This document shows, piece after piece, positions 30,084-39,517 of a stretch of DNA of 63,097 bases. Source of the DNA: a virus; the UHGV virus genome UHGV-0209665; one strand, given 5' to 3'. How positions within the stretch are numbered: position 1 is the first letter of the stretch; the number at the start of each line of letters is the position of its first letter. Below the pieces are notes generated by a model. That model saw only the letters and a program-made list of their open reading frames with translations. It was not told the origin of the DNA and did not search any database. A program made the translations under genes and the position numbers.

Positions 30084-30574
30084 TGCGAGAACTTGTGAAC
30101 TGGAAAGATCATGTGGTTCAGTATCCCGGAAGGTTCGAAGAACAGGTTTTGGGCGGAGGGCTTGTGCAACATACACCATCTCCGGGAAAAGTAGAACAAC
30201 AGGGAACTCCACAGAATGCTACGAATTTGAACACGATGGATCTGGCAGCGTTGGAGGCTATGCTGATGGCATCGGAAAACAGTAGAAATATTCTTCTTAT
30301 GGGAAGAATCATGGAAGGACTGTCTGGTGACAAAATTCAGGTTACGCTCACAAATTCCCAGGTATATCCGCATAATAACTCAAAGAAGACAGTTCAGCTT
30401 CCGGTGACGAAAAATAATATGAAATATACAGTCAGTTGTGAAGTTGTGGAAGTAGAAGGTGGAGCAGTTGGAGAATTTGAGTTTAGCGATAAGCTGCTCA
30501 ATGGATTCAAGATTGCATATACCGGATCAGCAACCAAAGTTATTGTGAATTGCTATGTGAGAGGAGGTGTATAG
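30083..30574 (+). CDS. putative tail fibre/baseplate-associated protein (163 aa)
   Basis: Position before the receptor-binding gene. Confidence 0.3.
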   Translation: MRELVNWKDHVVQYPGRFEEQVLGGGLVQHTPSPGKVEQQGTPQNATNLNTMDLAALEAMLMASENSRNILLMGRIMEGLSGDKIQVTLTNSQVYPHNNSKKTVQLPVTKNNMKYTVSCEVVEVEGGAVGEFEFSDKLLNGFKIAYTGSATKVIVNCYVRGGV

Positions 30575-30747
30575 GTATGGCGAATGTGATTATCAAAAAT
30601 GAGAACCGAAAAGCTGATGCAGAACACATCATGAAAGCCTATGGCGTGGACAGAAGAGATTCAGCTATGAGGGAGGCGGCTGAAATTGCAGCGGCAAGAA
30701 CAAATGAAGCAGTTAGAATGTCACAGAACAGAAGGAGGTATTTCTGA
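30550..30747 (+). CDS. hypothetical protein (65 aa)
   Basis: Small ORF with GGAGG RBS. Confidence 0.25.
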   Translation: MLCERRCIGMANVIIKNENRKADAEHIMKAYGVDRRDSAMREAAEIAAARTNEAVRMSQNRRRYF

Positions 30748-31112
30748 TGAAAGTAGTATATCTGCCGGAAGACGGCACAAATTTCATTCCCTACGAAGTA
30801 ATGGGAAAGAACATTGATTTCAATGATGGAGATTTGATGTTCAATGTTTCAAAGAAGGAAAGGGACTACGAAGTTGTGATTGATATTTGCCAGGATTACA
30901 CAGGAGCATTAGTTATGGGTACTGATTCCGGCGAAAGATATGTGGCACAACTTATTGTACCGGCAAGAGAGTACATTGAGACAACCACAGTAAATCCGGA
31001 CTATGATCCGGAAAATGAGGAGAGCATGGAATCTCCGACTATTACAAACAAAGAACCGGTTCCTTTTGATATTAACAAATGCGAACTGAGATTATGGGAT
31101 ATGGAGGTATAA
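30747..31112 (+). CDS. hypothetical tail protein (121 aa)
   Basis: ORF preceding the DGR target gene. Confidence 0.3.
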   Translation: MKVVYLPEDGTNFIPYEVMGKNIDFNDGDLMFNVSKKERDYEVVIDICQDYTGALVMGTDSGERYVAQLIVPAREYIETTTVNPDYDPENEESMESPTITNKEPVPFDINKCELRLWDMEV

Positions 31113-31115
31113 GAG

Positions 31116-32189
31116 ATGCCAAATTTTGATGATTTTAAGTTAGCGATTGAAGCGATGACGGGCGGTAAAAATACCGTCCTTTTTGATGACATGGAAATGC
31201 CGTCTGTTATGGTTCCGTTTCCAAAAATGAAAATTGCAGAAATTATGAGCGGCGGCAGTCAGAATATTCATCCGGCTTTTTCTGTGGGTGGCGTAGAGAA
31301 GGACGTTCTGTATATATCTAAATTCCAGAATATCGTACTGAATGACAGAGCTTACTCCCTTCCTATGCGTGATCCGAAGGTTTATGTTACGTTCGATCAG
31401 GCATTATCGTTTTGTCGCAATAAAGGAAAAGGCTGGAGTTTGAATCCGTATTCGCTGTGGAGTGCGATTGCTCTCTGGTGCAGAAAAAATGGAACTATGC
31501 CAAGAGGAAACAATTTCTGGGGTAAAGATTACACATACCAGCATGAAAAAGGTGTTCCCTGTGCATGGGAAAGCAAGGAAGCGGAATCACATCCAGGCGA
31601 ACCAGTACGTTGCCTTACCGGATCCGGACCAGCCACATGGTATCACAACTGGATGCCAGATGGCATTGCTGATTTGAATGGAAATGTGTGGGAATGGTGT
31701 GCTGGTATGCGTGTAAAGAATGGAGAAATCCAAATTATTCCGTATGCGAACAGTATGCTGGCAGAGACAAACATGGGAGATAAGTCAACGGAGTGGAAAG
31801 CTATCAAGAAGGACGGAACTCTTGTAGAACCTGGAACAGCAGATACATTGAAGTGGGATTGGGTATCAGGAAAGATTCAGCTTACTTCCGGTGCAGTATC
31901 CTACAAGACGGATCAGGGCAATGGTTGTCAGTATAAGGATATGACTCTCAACTCTTCTGTATCGGCAGCACCGGAAATTGCGAAGGCATTGTTGCTCTAT
32001 CCGGATGAGCCAGGCGGCGATTATGGTAGCGACTATCATTGGGTAAATACTGTCGGCGAGCGGCTGCCGTTATGCGGGGGCGGGTGGTACCATGGTGCCG
32101 ACGCCGGCGTTTTCGACGTCAATCTGTACTATCCCCGTTCCAGCTCCTACTCCACCGTTGGCTTCCGCTCCGCTTTTGTAGATCTGTAA
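31116..32189 (+). CDS. DGR target protein: tail fibre / receptor-binding protein with C-terminal FGE-sulfatase (C-type lectin fold) domain
   Basis: GNVWEWC and RLP...GG(G)W...GFR motifs of the formylglycine-generating-enzyme/CLec fold; VR at the extreme 3' end. Confidence 0.75.
   Translation: MPNFDDFKLAIEAMTGGKNTVLFDDMEMPSVMVPFPKMKIAEIMSGGSQNIHPAFSVGGVEKDVLYISKFQNIVLNDRAYSLPMRDPKVYVTFDQALSFCRNKGKGWSLNPYSLWSAIALWCRKNGTMPRGNNFWGKDYTYQHEKGVPCAWESKEAESHPGEPVRCLTGSGPATWYHNWMPDGIADLNGNVWEWCAGMRVKNGEIQIIPYANSMLAETNMGDKSTEWKAIKKDGTLVEPGTADTLKWDWVSGKIQLTSGAVSYKTDQGNGCQYKDMTLNSSVSAAPEIAKALLLYPDEPGGDYGSDYHWVNTVGERLPLCGGGWYHGADAGVFDVNLYYPRSSSYSTVGFRSAFVDL
32059..32174 (+). repeat. DGR variable repeat (VR)
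   Basis: 116-bp match to the TR at 32705-32820 with 10 mismatches, every one at a TR adenine. Confidence 0.85.
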
Positions 32190-32210
32190 TCTGCTTTACT
32201 GTGTTCTGCC

Positions 32211-32232
32211 CTCTCCCACGATAGTGGGAGAG
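32211..32232 (+). other. perfect hairpin downstream of VR (CTCTCCCAC-GATA-GTGGGAGAG), DGR homing-associated stem-loop
   Basis: 9-bp perfect inverted repeat with 4-nt loop, 37 nt after the VR end, as in characterised DGRs. Confidence 0.7.
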
Positions 32233-32302
32233 ATATTTTGATATTTGAAGTAATAACAGAATACGATATAAGATAACTTATACAGATTAAAAAGGCTGAA
32301 AT

Positions 32303-32683
32303 ATGATAATATCGATAAGAAAATGGCATACCGGAGGTTTCCAAGTGGAAGATCTTATTATTTTGCAGAAGGCGTTTGAAATGATGGAATATGGATACAC
32401 AGCGCTTGCACAGTACCCGAAATCAGAAAAATTTGCTCTTGTAGTAGATATAAAACGCTGTATGCACAAAATATTGGAAAAAATAATTGAGGCTAACAAG
32501 AAGTATTACAAAAAGACTACGCTCCAGGAGTTAGATGTGGAAATAATGAAATTAAAAGCTTATTTGCGATTATCGTATAATTTAAAGTTTCTTCCTTCTA
32601 AAAAGTATGAAATCTGGAGCAGCAAGTCTGTTGAGTTAGGACGCATGGTCGGCGGATGGATTAAAAGTACCAAAAAAGATTAG
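32303..32683 (+). CDS. avd: DGR accessory variability determinant
   Basis: 126 aa basic helical protein located between VR and TR. Confidence 0.65.
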   Translation: MIISIRKWHTGGFQVEDLIILQKAFEMMEYGYTALAQYPKSEKFALVVDIKRCMHKILEKIIEANKKYYKKTTLQELDVEIMKLKAYLRLSYNLKFLPSKKYEIWSSKSVELGRMVGGWIKSTKKD

Positions 32684-32704
32684 TGTGTTTTGGGAATAGG
32701 ATAC

Positions 32705-32820
32705 AGCGGCTGCCGTTATGCGGGGGCAGGTGGAACAATGGTGCCAACGCCGGCGTTTTCAACGTCAATCTGAACAATCCCCGTTCCAACTCCAACTCCA
32801 ACGTTGGCTTCCGCTCCGCT
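32705..32820 (+). repeat. DGR template repeat (TR)
   Basis: Non-coding copy of VR. The six-frame ORF 32683..32904 covering it is not a gene. Confidence 0.85.
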
Positions 32821-33008
32821 CTACCTTCGTTGGTCAGATGTTGCAAACTCAAGGGTTTGCATCCAGAACAGAAGGGTAAAGGATTCTATTTCCATGCTGA
32901 ATAAGCAAAAAAGGAAGGGACCTGATCCGGCCCCGTTGGATGCGGAATGCCGAGAGTAAGACAATCTGAAATTCGCAATGCCTAAAATTTAAATAATGGA
33001 GGGATAGT

Positions 33009-34118
33009 GTGTCCATAAAAAATATTTATTCAGAAATCTGTTCGTTTGATACATTGCTGCGGGCTGAAAGAAATGTAAGGAATGGAAAACGGTATGGTAG
33101 GAAAGAGCTAAGCTTCTGGGCGAATCTCGAAGAGAATATATACCGCATTTCCGAATCAATCAAAAGCCTCGATTTTCCTCCGGACTGTTACACATCTTTT
33201 TATGTATATGAACCCAAATTGAGAAAGATTGTGTCAGCAGATTACACGACCAAGATCATACAAAGGGCAGCTTACGATGTCATAAACCCTTTGGTGTGCA
33301 AGGGGTTTATATCAGATACATATGCGTGTATAAAAGGCAGAGGGCAGTTAAATGCCATGAAGCGCCTTGCGTCATGGGTGGACTATGTTCACGAAAGTGG
33401 AGATACTTGGTATTATCTGAAGATGGATATCGAAAAATTTTTTTACAGAATAGACCACGAAATCTTAATGAAGATCATACGAAAGAAAATAAGTGATAAA
33501 AAAGCACTAAGGTTGATGGAACATTATATTTGCGAGGCATCAAGCCCTTTTGGACTTCCGCTTGGAGTCACGAATCCTATGGATATCCCGGAAGAAGATA
33601 TGCTATGGGACGTTGGCATCACAATAGGAGGCGGATTGTCGCATATGTATGGGAATATGTATCTGGATCCTGCAGATCAGTTAGCAAAAAGAGAGCTTGG
33701 AATACAGAAGTATATCAGGCTGATGGACGACTCTGTCATTTTGCATCGGGATAAAGAAAAATTACATCAGTATAAAAAAGAATTTTCCGATTTTTTTGGA
33801 GATGTATTGCATTTAAGACTTAATGGAAAAACAGCGATACGCCCAATTAATCAAGGAATGGAATTTGTTGGATATCGTATTTGGCCACATAAAGTGAGAC
33901 TTAGAAAATCAACGAGTCTGCGAATGAAACGTCGTCTTAAACGAGTGCAGGATGATTATCGAGATTACAGGTTGTCGTTTGAAAAGGCGAATGACACAGT
34001 GATGAGTTACGCCGCATTAATGAAACATTGTGATTGCGAAGCCCTTAAAAAGAAAATTTTTGATAATTTTGTCCTTACTCATAATCCGAAGGAGGTAATA
34101 ACAAAAAATGGGCGATAG
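33009..34118 (+). CDS. DGR reverse transcriptase
   Basis: RT motifs including the IRLMDD (YxDD-like) box. GTG start with GGAGGG RBS. Immediately downstream of TR. Confidence 0.8.
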   Translation: MSIKNIYSEICSFDTLLRAERNVRNGKRYGRKELSFWANLEENIYRISESIKSLDFPPDCYTSFYVYEPKLRKIVSADYTTKIIQRAAYDVINPLVCKGFISDTYACIKGRGQLNAMKRLASWVDYVHESGDTWYYLKMDIEKFFYRIDHEILMKIIRKKISDKKALRLMEHYICEASSPFGLPLGVTNPMDIPEEDMLWDVGITIGGGLSHMYGNMYLDPADQLAKRELGIQKYIRLMDDSVILHRDKEKLHQYKKEFSDFFGDVLHLRLNGKTAIRPINQGMEFVGYRIWPHKVRLRKSTSLRMKRRLKRVQDDYRDYRLSFEKANDTVMSYAALMKHCDCEALKKKIFDNFVLTHNPKEVITKNGR

Positions 34119-34326
34119 CAATTTACTTGAGCTGCTGGACATGTATATTGATATGGTCGAAAAGCAGGACGAGGCCATACATCAATTGTCTGAATTGGTA
34201 AAGAAACAGGCTTTTGAAATCGCACATATGAAAAATATTTGCGGATTTGCAGATGAAAAAGCACTTGAACAAACGGAAGGAACTAAACTTGTTCAAGAAG
34301 TCTTAGTAAAATATGGAAAACTTTAA
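34108..34326 (+). CDS. hypothetical small protein (72 aa) overlapping the RT 3' end
   Basis: ORF with AAGGAGG RBS inside the RT tail. Confidence 0.3.
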   Translation: MGDSNLLELLDMYIDMVEKQDEAIHQLSELVKKQAFEIAHMKNICGFADEKALEQTEGTKLVQEVLVKYGKL

Positions 34327-34367
34327 ATATGGAATGAGGAGAAAAAAGACTCATCAGATGTTAGAGA

Positions 34368-34396
34368 AAAGATCGGGAAACCGATCTTTTTCTTTT
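34368..34396 (+). terminator. rho-independent terminator after the DGR cassette
   Basis: AAAGATCGG-GAAA-CCGATCTTT followed by a T-run. Confidence 0.65.
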
Positions 34397-34490
34397 GCGG
34401 AAAGGAGGGGGGATATGAATCTAATAAGGGCAAGACCTGTTTATTATTCATCGACTAAAAATAGACGATAATTTGTAGGGGAGAGTAACT

Positions 34491-35045
34491 ATGGAATATT
34501 TGCTACAAGTATTCGGTGGTATGAGGCTTGATACAGCGGTTCTCTTAATTGCTGCCTTGATCTTTATGTGGAAGATATACAAGAAGGTCGAGATGTATTT
34601 CAAGGATAAATACGTGATTGAATTCGAAAAAGAAAAGCAGATGAAAGATATTCTGGGGCAGGTACAACAGTATCCTAAGTGGAGAGAACAGAGTATTGAA
34701 CGTCAGAAAGAGTTTTCGTCTGAAATCAACGATTTAAGAAATACGCAGAAAGAGATAATTAAAGAGCTAAAAGACATCGAGGAGAGAAGAAAAAAGACGA
34801 AGAGAAATGAATTGCGTGATAGGTTACTTCAGAGTTACCGCTATTATACCAGTAAAGACAAGAATCCACTGCTTGCGTGGTCAGAAATGGAATCAGATGC
34901 TTTTTGGAAAATGTTTGGCGACTATGAAGAAGCGGGTGGAGATGGTGATATGCATACTACAGTACAACCTGCAATGAGATTGTTGGATAAAATTCCTATG
35001 CATGAAGAGGAAAGACTATCTGAACTGATGCAGAGTCGCAAATAG
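34491..35045 (+). CDS. XhlA-like membrane/coiled-coil protein of the lysis cassette
   Basis: N-terminal predicted transmembrane helix, charged coiled-coil, position before holin and endolysin. Confidence 0.35.
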   Translation: MEYLLQVFGGMRLDTAVLLIAALIFMWKIYKKVEMYFKDKYVIEFEKEKQMKDILGQVQQYPKWREQSIERQKEFSSEINDLRNTQKEIIKELKDIEERRKKTKRNELRDRLLQSYRYYTSKDKNPLLAWSEMESDAFWKMFGDYEEAGGDGDMHTTVQPAMRLLDKIPMHEEERLSELMQSRK

Positions 35046-35153
35046 AATAGGGTATCTTACGTATTATATTTGATCAGAAAGTGACCAATGACGCAAAAAA
35101 AGGAACACAAAAATCTTTAAAGCTCACAGAGCTACATATGAGAGGAGAATACT

Positions 35154-35504
35154 ATGGAATTATTAGAATTTTTGAAACAGATACCACTGCCTATTTTGAT
35201 TTTGGTTGTCGCAATCTTGCTTATTGTTACGATTGTGATTGCCGTTCAGTATATGAAGGCTAAGGGATTGGATGGAATCAGGGAAGATGTATATCAGCTT
35301 ATTTTAAAGGCTGAGCATATGTATAATGAGTCTGGAACTGGAAAACAAAAATTACAATGGGTAATTCAGCAGGCAAGAGGGCTGCTTCCGAAGTGGCTAC
35401 AAGTTCTTGTACCGGAAAAAGCCATGGAGAAACTTATACAGAAATGGTTTGAGGGAGTGAAAGATCTTCTGGACGATGGGAAAGTAAATAATTCACAGAA
35501 ATAA
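35154..35504 (+). CDS. putative holin
   Basis: 116 aa, N-terminal hydrophobic helix IPLPILILVVAILLIVTIVIAV, immediately upstream of the endolysin. Confidence 0.45.
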   Translation: MELLEFLKQIPLPILILVVAILLIVTIVIAVQYMKAKGLDGIREDVYQLILKAEHMYNESGTGKQKLQWVIQQARGLLPKWLQVLVPEKAMEKLIQKWFEGVKDLLDDGKVNNSQK

Positions 35505-35538
35505 TGAAGAAGCAGTCGGAGAAATCCGACTGCTCTTT

Positions 35539-37317
35539 TTGGAGGAAACTATGACAGAGAGAGAATTTATTGACAAGATTGGTTCACTTGCGGCTCAAGA
35601 CATGAAACAGAGCGGTATTTTGGCATCCATTACGGTGGCGCAGGCATGTCTGGAATCGGGATATGGTAGCACAGAACTTGCGGTTAATGCAAATAACCTA
35701 TTTGGAATGAAATGTTCCCTATCTGGCAATACATGGGACTCTGTGTGGGATGGTGTGAGTAAATATACAAAACAGACACAAGAGCAGAAACTGGATGGAA
35801 CAATATATACCATTATGGCAGATTTTCGGAAGTATCCAGATATTCTTGCAAGCATCAAAGATCATTCGTGCTATTTGAACGGAGCCATGAACGGGAATCA
35901 AAAAAGGTATGAAGGGCTTTCTGGAGAAAAGAACTATCGGAAAGTTGCAGAACTAATTAAAGCTGGAGGATACGCAACAGACATTTCTTATGTTGATAAA
36001 CTCTGCAGTTTAATTGAAAGATGGAATCTTACACAGTATGACAAGGAGGATAAAGGTATGAGTAATAGTAGTTTAGTAAATTGTGTAGTAAAAAGTCCTA
36101 ATCACAGTGGAGCGAGGACGCATTCGATTGACCGCATTACACCGCATTGTGTGGTTGGACAATTATCGGCGGAAGGAATTGGATCTTGTTTTCCGGACGG
36201 CCGAGAGGCAAGTTGTAACTATGGCATTGGATCCGATGGTCGTGTATGTTTGGTGGTAGATGAGGCTAATCGGAGTTGGTGTTCTTCCAGCAATGCAAAC
36301 GACCAGAGGGCGGTAACAATTGAGTGCGCAAGCGATATGTCACACCCATATGCTATGACAAATGCAGTGTATGAGAAGTTGATTGCCCTTTGCGTTGACA
36401 TTTGCCGAAGAAATGGAAAGACAAAGCTACTCTGGTTTGGAGATGAGAATACGTCTCTAAATTACGATCCGAAGCCAAATGAGATGGTTCTGACTGTACA
36501 TCGTTGGTTCGCAAATAAATCTTGCCCAGGTGACTGGTTGTATTCTAGACTTGGAGATGTGGCAAATAGGGTAACTGCTCAGCTGAGTGGGAGTACCGGT
36601 GGTGGAGGATCAACTGGTGGAGGAAGTGGATCCAGCAGCTATAAAACAGGAATGTACAAAGTCAATGTCGGAGACCTCAATATCAGAAAAGGACCAGGAA
36701 CAAATTACGGAACTAATGGGGTTATTACCGACAAAGGAACTTACACAATTACTGAAATCCAGAATGGCTCATGGGGAAAGCTTAAATCAGGGGCAGGTTG
36801 GATTAACGTCAGCGCAGCATATTGTTCTTACGTTGGCGCCTCATCAGGTGGAGGAAGTTCTTCTGGCGGCGGTTCTTCTTCTGGCTCTTCTTACAAGACC
36901 GGAACGTACAAGGTTAATGTGGAGGAACTCAATATTCGGAAAGGTCCAGGAACAAATTATGGAATTAATGGATCAATCAAGGACAAAGGTGTCTACACAA
37001 TTACAGAAATTAAAAATGATTCTTGGGGAAAATTAAAGTCCGGCTCTGGATGGATCAATGTCGATAAAGCATATTGCACCTATAAAGGTGCATCTTCTGG
37101 AGGAGGATCTTCATCTGGAACAGGAAACTTTATGGTACAGGTAAATATTTCAGATCTTTATATCAGAAAAGGACCTGGCACTAATTATGGAACAAACGGC
37201 TTTTGCCCAAAAGGCACATATACTATTGTGGAAACAAAGAATTCCGGTGGACATACATGGGGAAAACTTAAATCCGGTGCTGGTTGGATTGCCCTTGAAT
37301 ATGCAAAACGGGCATAA
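35539..37317 (+). CDS. endolysin: GH73 N-acetylglucosaminidase + N-acetylmuramoyl-L-alanine amidase + three SH3b cell-wall-binding repeats
   Basis: AQACLESGYG (GH73) motif. Central amidase_2-like region. Three ~80-aa repeats (YKxGxYKVNVxxLNIRKGPGTNYG...SWGKLKSGxGWI) are separated by Gly/Ser linkers. Confidence 0.8.
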   Translation: MEETMTEREFIDKIGSLAAQDMKQSGILASITVAQACLESGYGSTELAVNANNLFGMKCSLSGNTWDSVWDGVSKYTKQTQEQKLDGTIYTIMADFRKYPDILASIKDHSCYLNGAMNGNQKRYEGLSGEKNYRKVAELIKAGGYATDISYVDKLCSLIERWNLTQYDKEDKGMSNSSLVNCVVKSPNHSGARTHSIDRITPHCVVGQLSAEGIGSCFPDGREASCNYGIGSDGRVCLVVDEANRSWCSSSNANDQRAVTIECASDMSHPYAMTNAVYEKLIALCVDICRRNGKTKLLWFGDENTSLNYDPKPNEMVLTVHRWFANKSCPGDWLYSRLGDVANRVTAQLSGSTGGGGSTGGGSGSSSYKTGMYKVNVGDLNIRKGPGTNYGTNGVITDKGTYTITEIQNGSWGKLKSGAGWINVSAAYCSYVGASSGGGSSSGGGSSSGSSYKTGTYKVNVEELNIRKGPGTNYGINGSIKDKGVYTITEIKNDSWGKLKSGSGWINVDKAYCTYKGASSGGGSSSGTGNFMVQVNISDLYIRKGPGTNYGTNGFCPKGTYTIVETKNSGGHTWGKLKSGAGWIALEYAKRA

Positions 37318-37422
37318 TAAATTATACAGTAAAAAACGCCATAACCTAATTTGATATAATCTATCAAAATCCACTATGAATTACCATATTATGGTATTTT
37401 ATAGCGGAAGGAGCAATGGCGA

Positions 37423-37707
37423 ATGATAAAGATTTTACTGTCGAAAAAGCTTGGCGAGTTGCGGCTTACACAGGCGGATTTGGCACGAGCTACCGGCATA
37501 CGTCCGAATACAATCAATGAGTTGTACCACGAACTCGCGGATCGTGTGAATCTGGAACATCTGGATCTTATATGTGAGGCATTGGACTGCGAGTTAGATG
37601 AATTGATTGTACGTATTCCGAACAGAGAATCTAACATTACTCACACAAGGCGTGGAAATCAAAAAACGCAGGGAAAGTGTCGCTGCAACGGCATCACCAA
37701 GAAATGA
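37423..37707 (+). CDS. small XRE-family HTH regulator
   Basis: LRLTQADLARATGIRPNTINELY HTH; paralogous to the 39305..39517 protein. Confidence 0.55.
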   Translation: MIKILLSKKLGELRLTQADLARATGIRPNTINELYHELADRVNLEHLDLICEALDCELDELIVRIPNRESNITHTRRGNQKTQGKCRCNGITKK

Positions 37708-37735
37708 AAAGAGAGAGGCTTAACCCCTCTCTTTT
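37705..37735. terminator. bidirectional terminator between convergent genes
   Basis: AGAGAGAGG-CTTAA-CCCCTCTCTTTTTT hairpin. Confidence 0.5.
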
Positions 37736-38175
37736 TTCGTTTCTTGAATATTTGTTAATAAGGACGTTCTCAGAAAGTCATAATCAAGTCCAAAGTCCTT
37801 GTATCCTTGATATATGGTATCTATATATCTCTCGCTTGGTTGTCCTGGCTTCGCGCCTTTAAACATAATATAAACCATGGCCTTTATGTGCGAATCGTCC
37901 GAAATAGTCACGTAGACGTTTTGCTTAGAATAAAACCGAGGATAGCCCTCATATATATCAAGGTTTCTTTCGTCTGAGTGCTGAATGCCCCATACTACAA
38001 CGGGAACCCGATACCCCTTTTTTCGACGTATTGTTGCGTATGATCCTGTCTTACTTCCCCTGTAAATCAACTCCCAGTTATTCAGATAACCGGTATATAC
38101 CGGTTTGGCACTTGGACAACGGTGCCTCATTTGTTGTTTGTTCAGATTACTCCCATAAGCTACATATAATTTCAT
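37720..38175 (-). CDS. AIG2/gamma-glutamyl cyclotransferase (GGCT)-like protein
   Basis: N-terminal LYVAYGSNLN (YGSNx) motif and conserved Glu in LDIYEGYP. Confidence 0.7.
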   Translation of the reverse strand: MKLYVAYGSNLNKQQMRHRCPSAKPVYTGYLNNWELIYRGSKTGSYATIRRKKGYRVPVVVWGIQHSDERNLDIYEGYPRFYSKQNVYVTISDDSHIKAMVYIMFKGAKPGQPSERYIDTIYQGYKDFGLDYDFLRTSLLTNIQETKKERG

Positions 38176-38191
38176 AATTAATCCTCCTCTC

Positions 38192-39115
38192 TTACGCTGC
38201 TATGGTTGCGGTGTTTTCTTTAAGATTCTTCATCATGTGGAATCTGCAAGTTTTAAATTCATCTCCGTACAACCCAAGCCTGTTTGTTAAAATGTGGTAC
38301 ATCAAAGTTACTTTCTTATCAGCAGAGTACCCAGAAACGCTTCTGAAGACAACTTTGCCGGTTGACTCTATTGACCATGCGGACAAAGCGAGACAAAACT
38401 GGATGTATGCTTTGATTCGACCAGCATGCAATGTGCTATTGAAAAGCCTAAATTCTACAGTCCCTTTTGAAAAAAAGCTGTGAAGATTAAGTGCATGATA
38501 TCTTGTTTCATTGTAATGGTTGTGGTTTACGCCGCCCCAATAATGATCGTTCGCCTCGCTATACCAAATTTGCTCTGCTTTATCTTTTGTGAGATTAGAT
38601 TCCTTTTTCATTGTATCGTAAAGGCTCTTGCAGATTGGTTTGCACCAGCGATTTTTTCTTTCCCCAACTCCCAATGCTTCATATATGATTTCTTGTCTGG
38701 ATAACATGAAGTTTACCATTCTACGAAGTGATGTGGCTGTGTGGTTTGCACCGTCAATATGGATATGAATACCGCAGCTACTATGAGGAACACCGCCGAT
38801 TTCTTTGAATTTTCGAATGATGTTTTGCAAAGTCTCAATGTCCTCATATTTAAGAGGTGGTGTAACGAATTCGACTCTGTATTCATCTATATTTGCGGTT
38901 CCGACATTTGCCTTTGGCGAAATTGAACTATCTCGCATCACTTTCCATGTTCTTCGTTGTGAATCCTTTATGGTTCTTGTGTAGTACGCATCTCTTTTTG
39001 GACCGGAAATTGTTCCGCCAACGATTTCTTGAACAGCCTTTGCGGCCATTTCTCTTGTTATACCGGTGAATTCTACTTCAACTCCAAATTTTTGCTTTTT
39101 TAAAAGTTCTGACAT
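38192..39115 (-). CDS. amidoligase (Amidoligase_2 / glutamine-synthetase-like carboxylate-amine ligase) family protein
   Basis: N-terminal FGVEVEF motif; size ~300 aa; coupled by a 16-nt spacer to the downstream GGCT-like gene. Confidence 0.65.
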   Translation of the reverse strand: MSELLKKQKFGVEVEFTGITREMAAKAVQEIVGGTISGPKRDAYYTRTIKDSQRRTWKVMRDSSISPKANVGTANIDEYRVEFVTPPLKYEDIETLQNIIRKFKEIGGVPHSSCGIHIHIDGANHTATSLRRMVNFMLSRQEIIYEALGVGERKNRWCKPICKSLYDTMKKESNLTKDKAEQIWYSEANDHYWGGVNHNHYNETRYHALNLHSFFSKGTVEFRLFNSTLHAGRIKAYIQFCLALSAWSIESTGKVVFRSVSGYSADKKVTLMYHILTNRLGLYGDEFKTCRFHMMKNLKENTATIAA

Positions 39116-39174
39116 AATGCTTCCTCCTTATTCATTCGCCGTCTACGAATATATGTTCTTGTTTTTGTGGTTGT

Positions 39175-39202
39175 ATATTAACATATGGACAGCGAGAGTC
39201 AA
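39175..39202 (-). promoter_or_regulatory. promoter candidate for the amidoligase operon (TTGACT-16-TAATAT on - strand)
   Basis: Reverse complement of 39175-39202. Confidence 0.35.
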
Positions 39203-39255
39203 TAGAAAAATTAAAAAAAATAGAAAAAATATCTAACAAGTTAGAAATAAAATTT

Positions 39256-39284
39256 GACATTATAAAATATATGATGTATTCTAA
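39256..39284 (+). promoter_or_regulatory. divergent promoter candidate for the HTH gene (TTGACA-17-TATTCT)
   Basis: Seen in the AT-rich intergenic region 39116-39304. Confidence 0.35.
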
Positions 39285-39304
39285 AAAGAAAAAGGAGGTC
39301 AAGT

Positions 39305-39517
39305 ATGATTTCTTATAAGCCATTATGGAAAACCCTTATAGAAAAGGGGATTAAAAAAACTGAACTTCGTGATATGGCTGGATTCAGCAGCGGCACACTT
39401 GCCAGAATGGGGAAGGGGCAGTATGTTGAAATGAAGCATATCGACAAGATATGCCAGGTTCTCGACTGCGAAATATCAGATGTAATAGAGATTGACAGGA
39501 CTGCTAACGGGATATAA
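39305..39517 (+). CDS. small XRE-family HTH regulator, divergent from the amidoligase operon
   Basis: HTH; C-terminal IDKICQVLDCEISDVI similar to the 37423 product. Confidence 0.55.
   Translation: MISYKPLWKTLIEKGIKKTELRDMAGFSSGTLARMGKGQYVEMKHIDKICQVLDCEISDVIEIDRTANGI

Noticed and set aside
32683-32904. Six-frame ORF of 73 aa
   Set aside because: It is the DGR template repeat read as protein; it mirrors the VR-encoded peptide with Asn at the variable sites.
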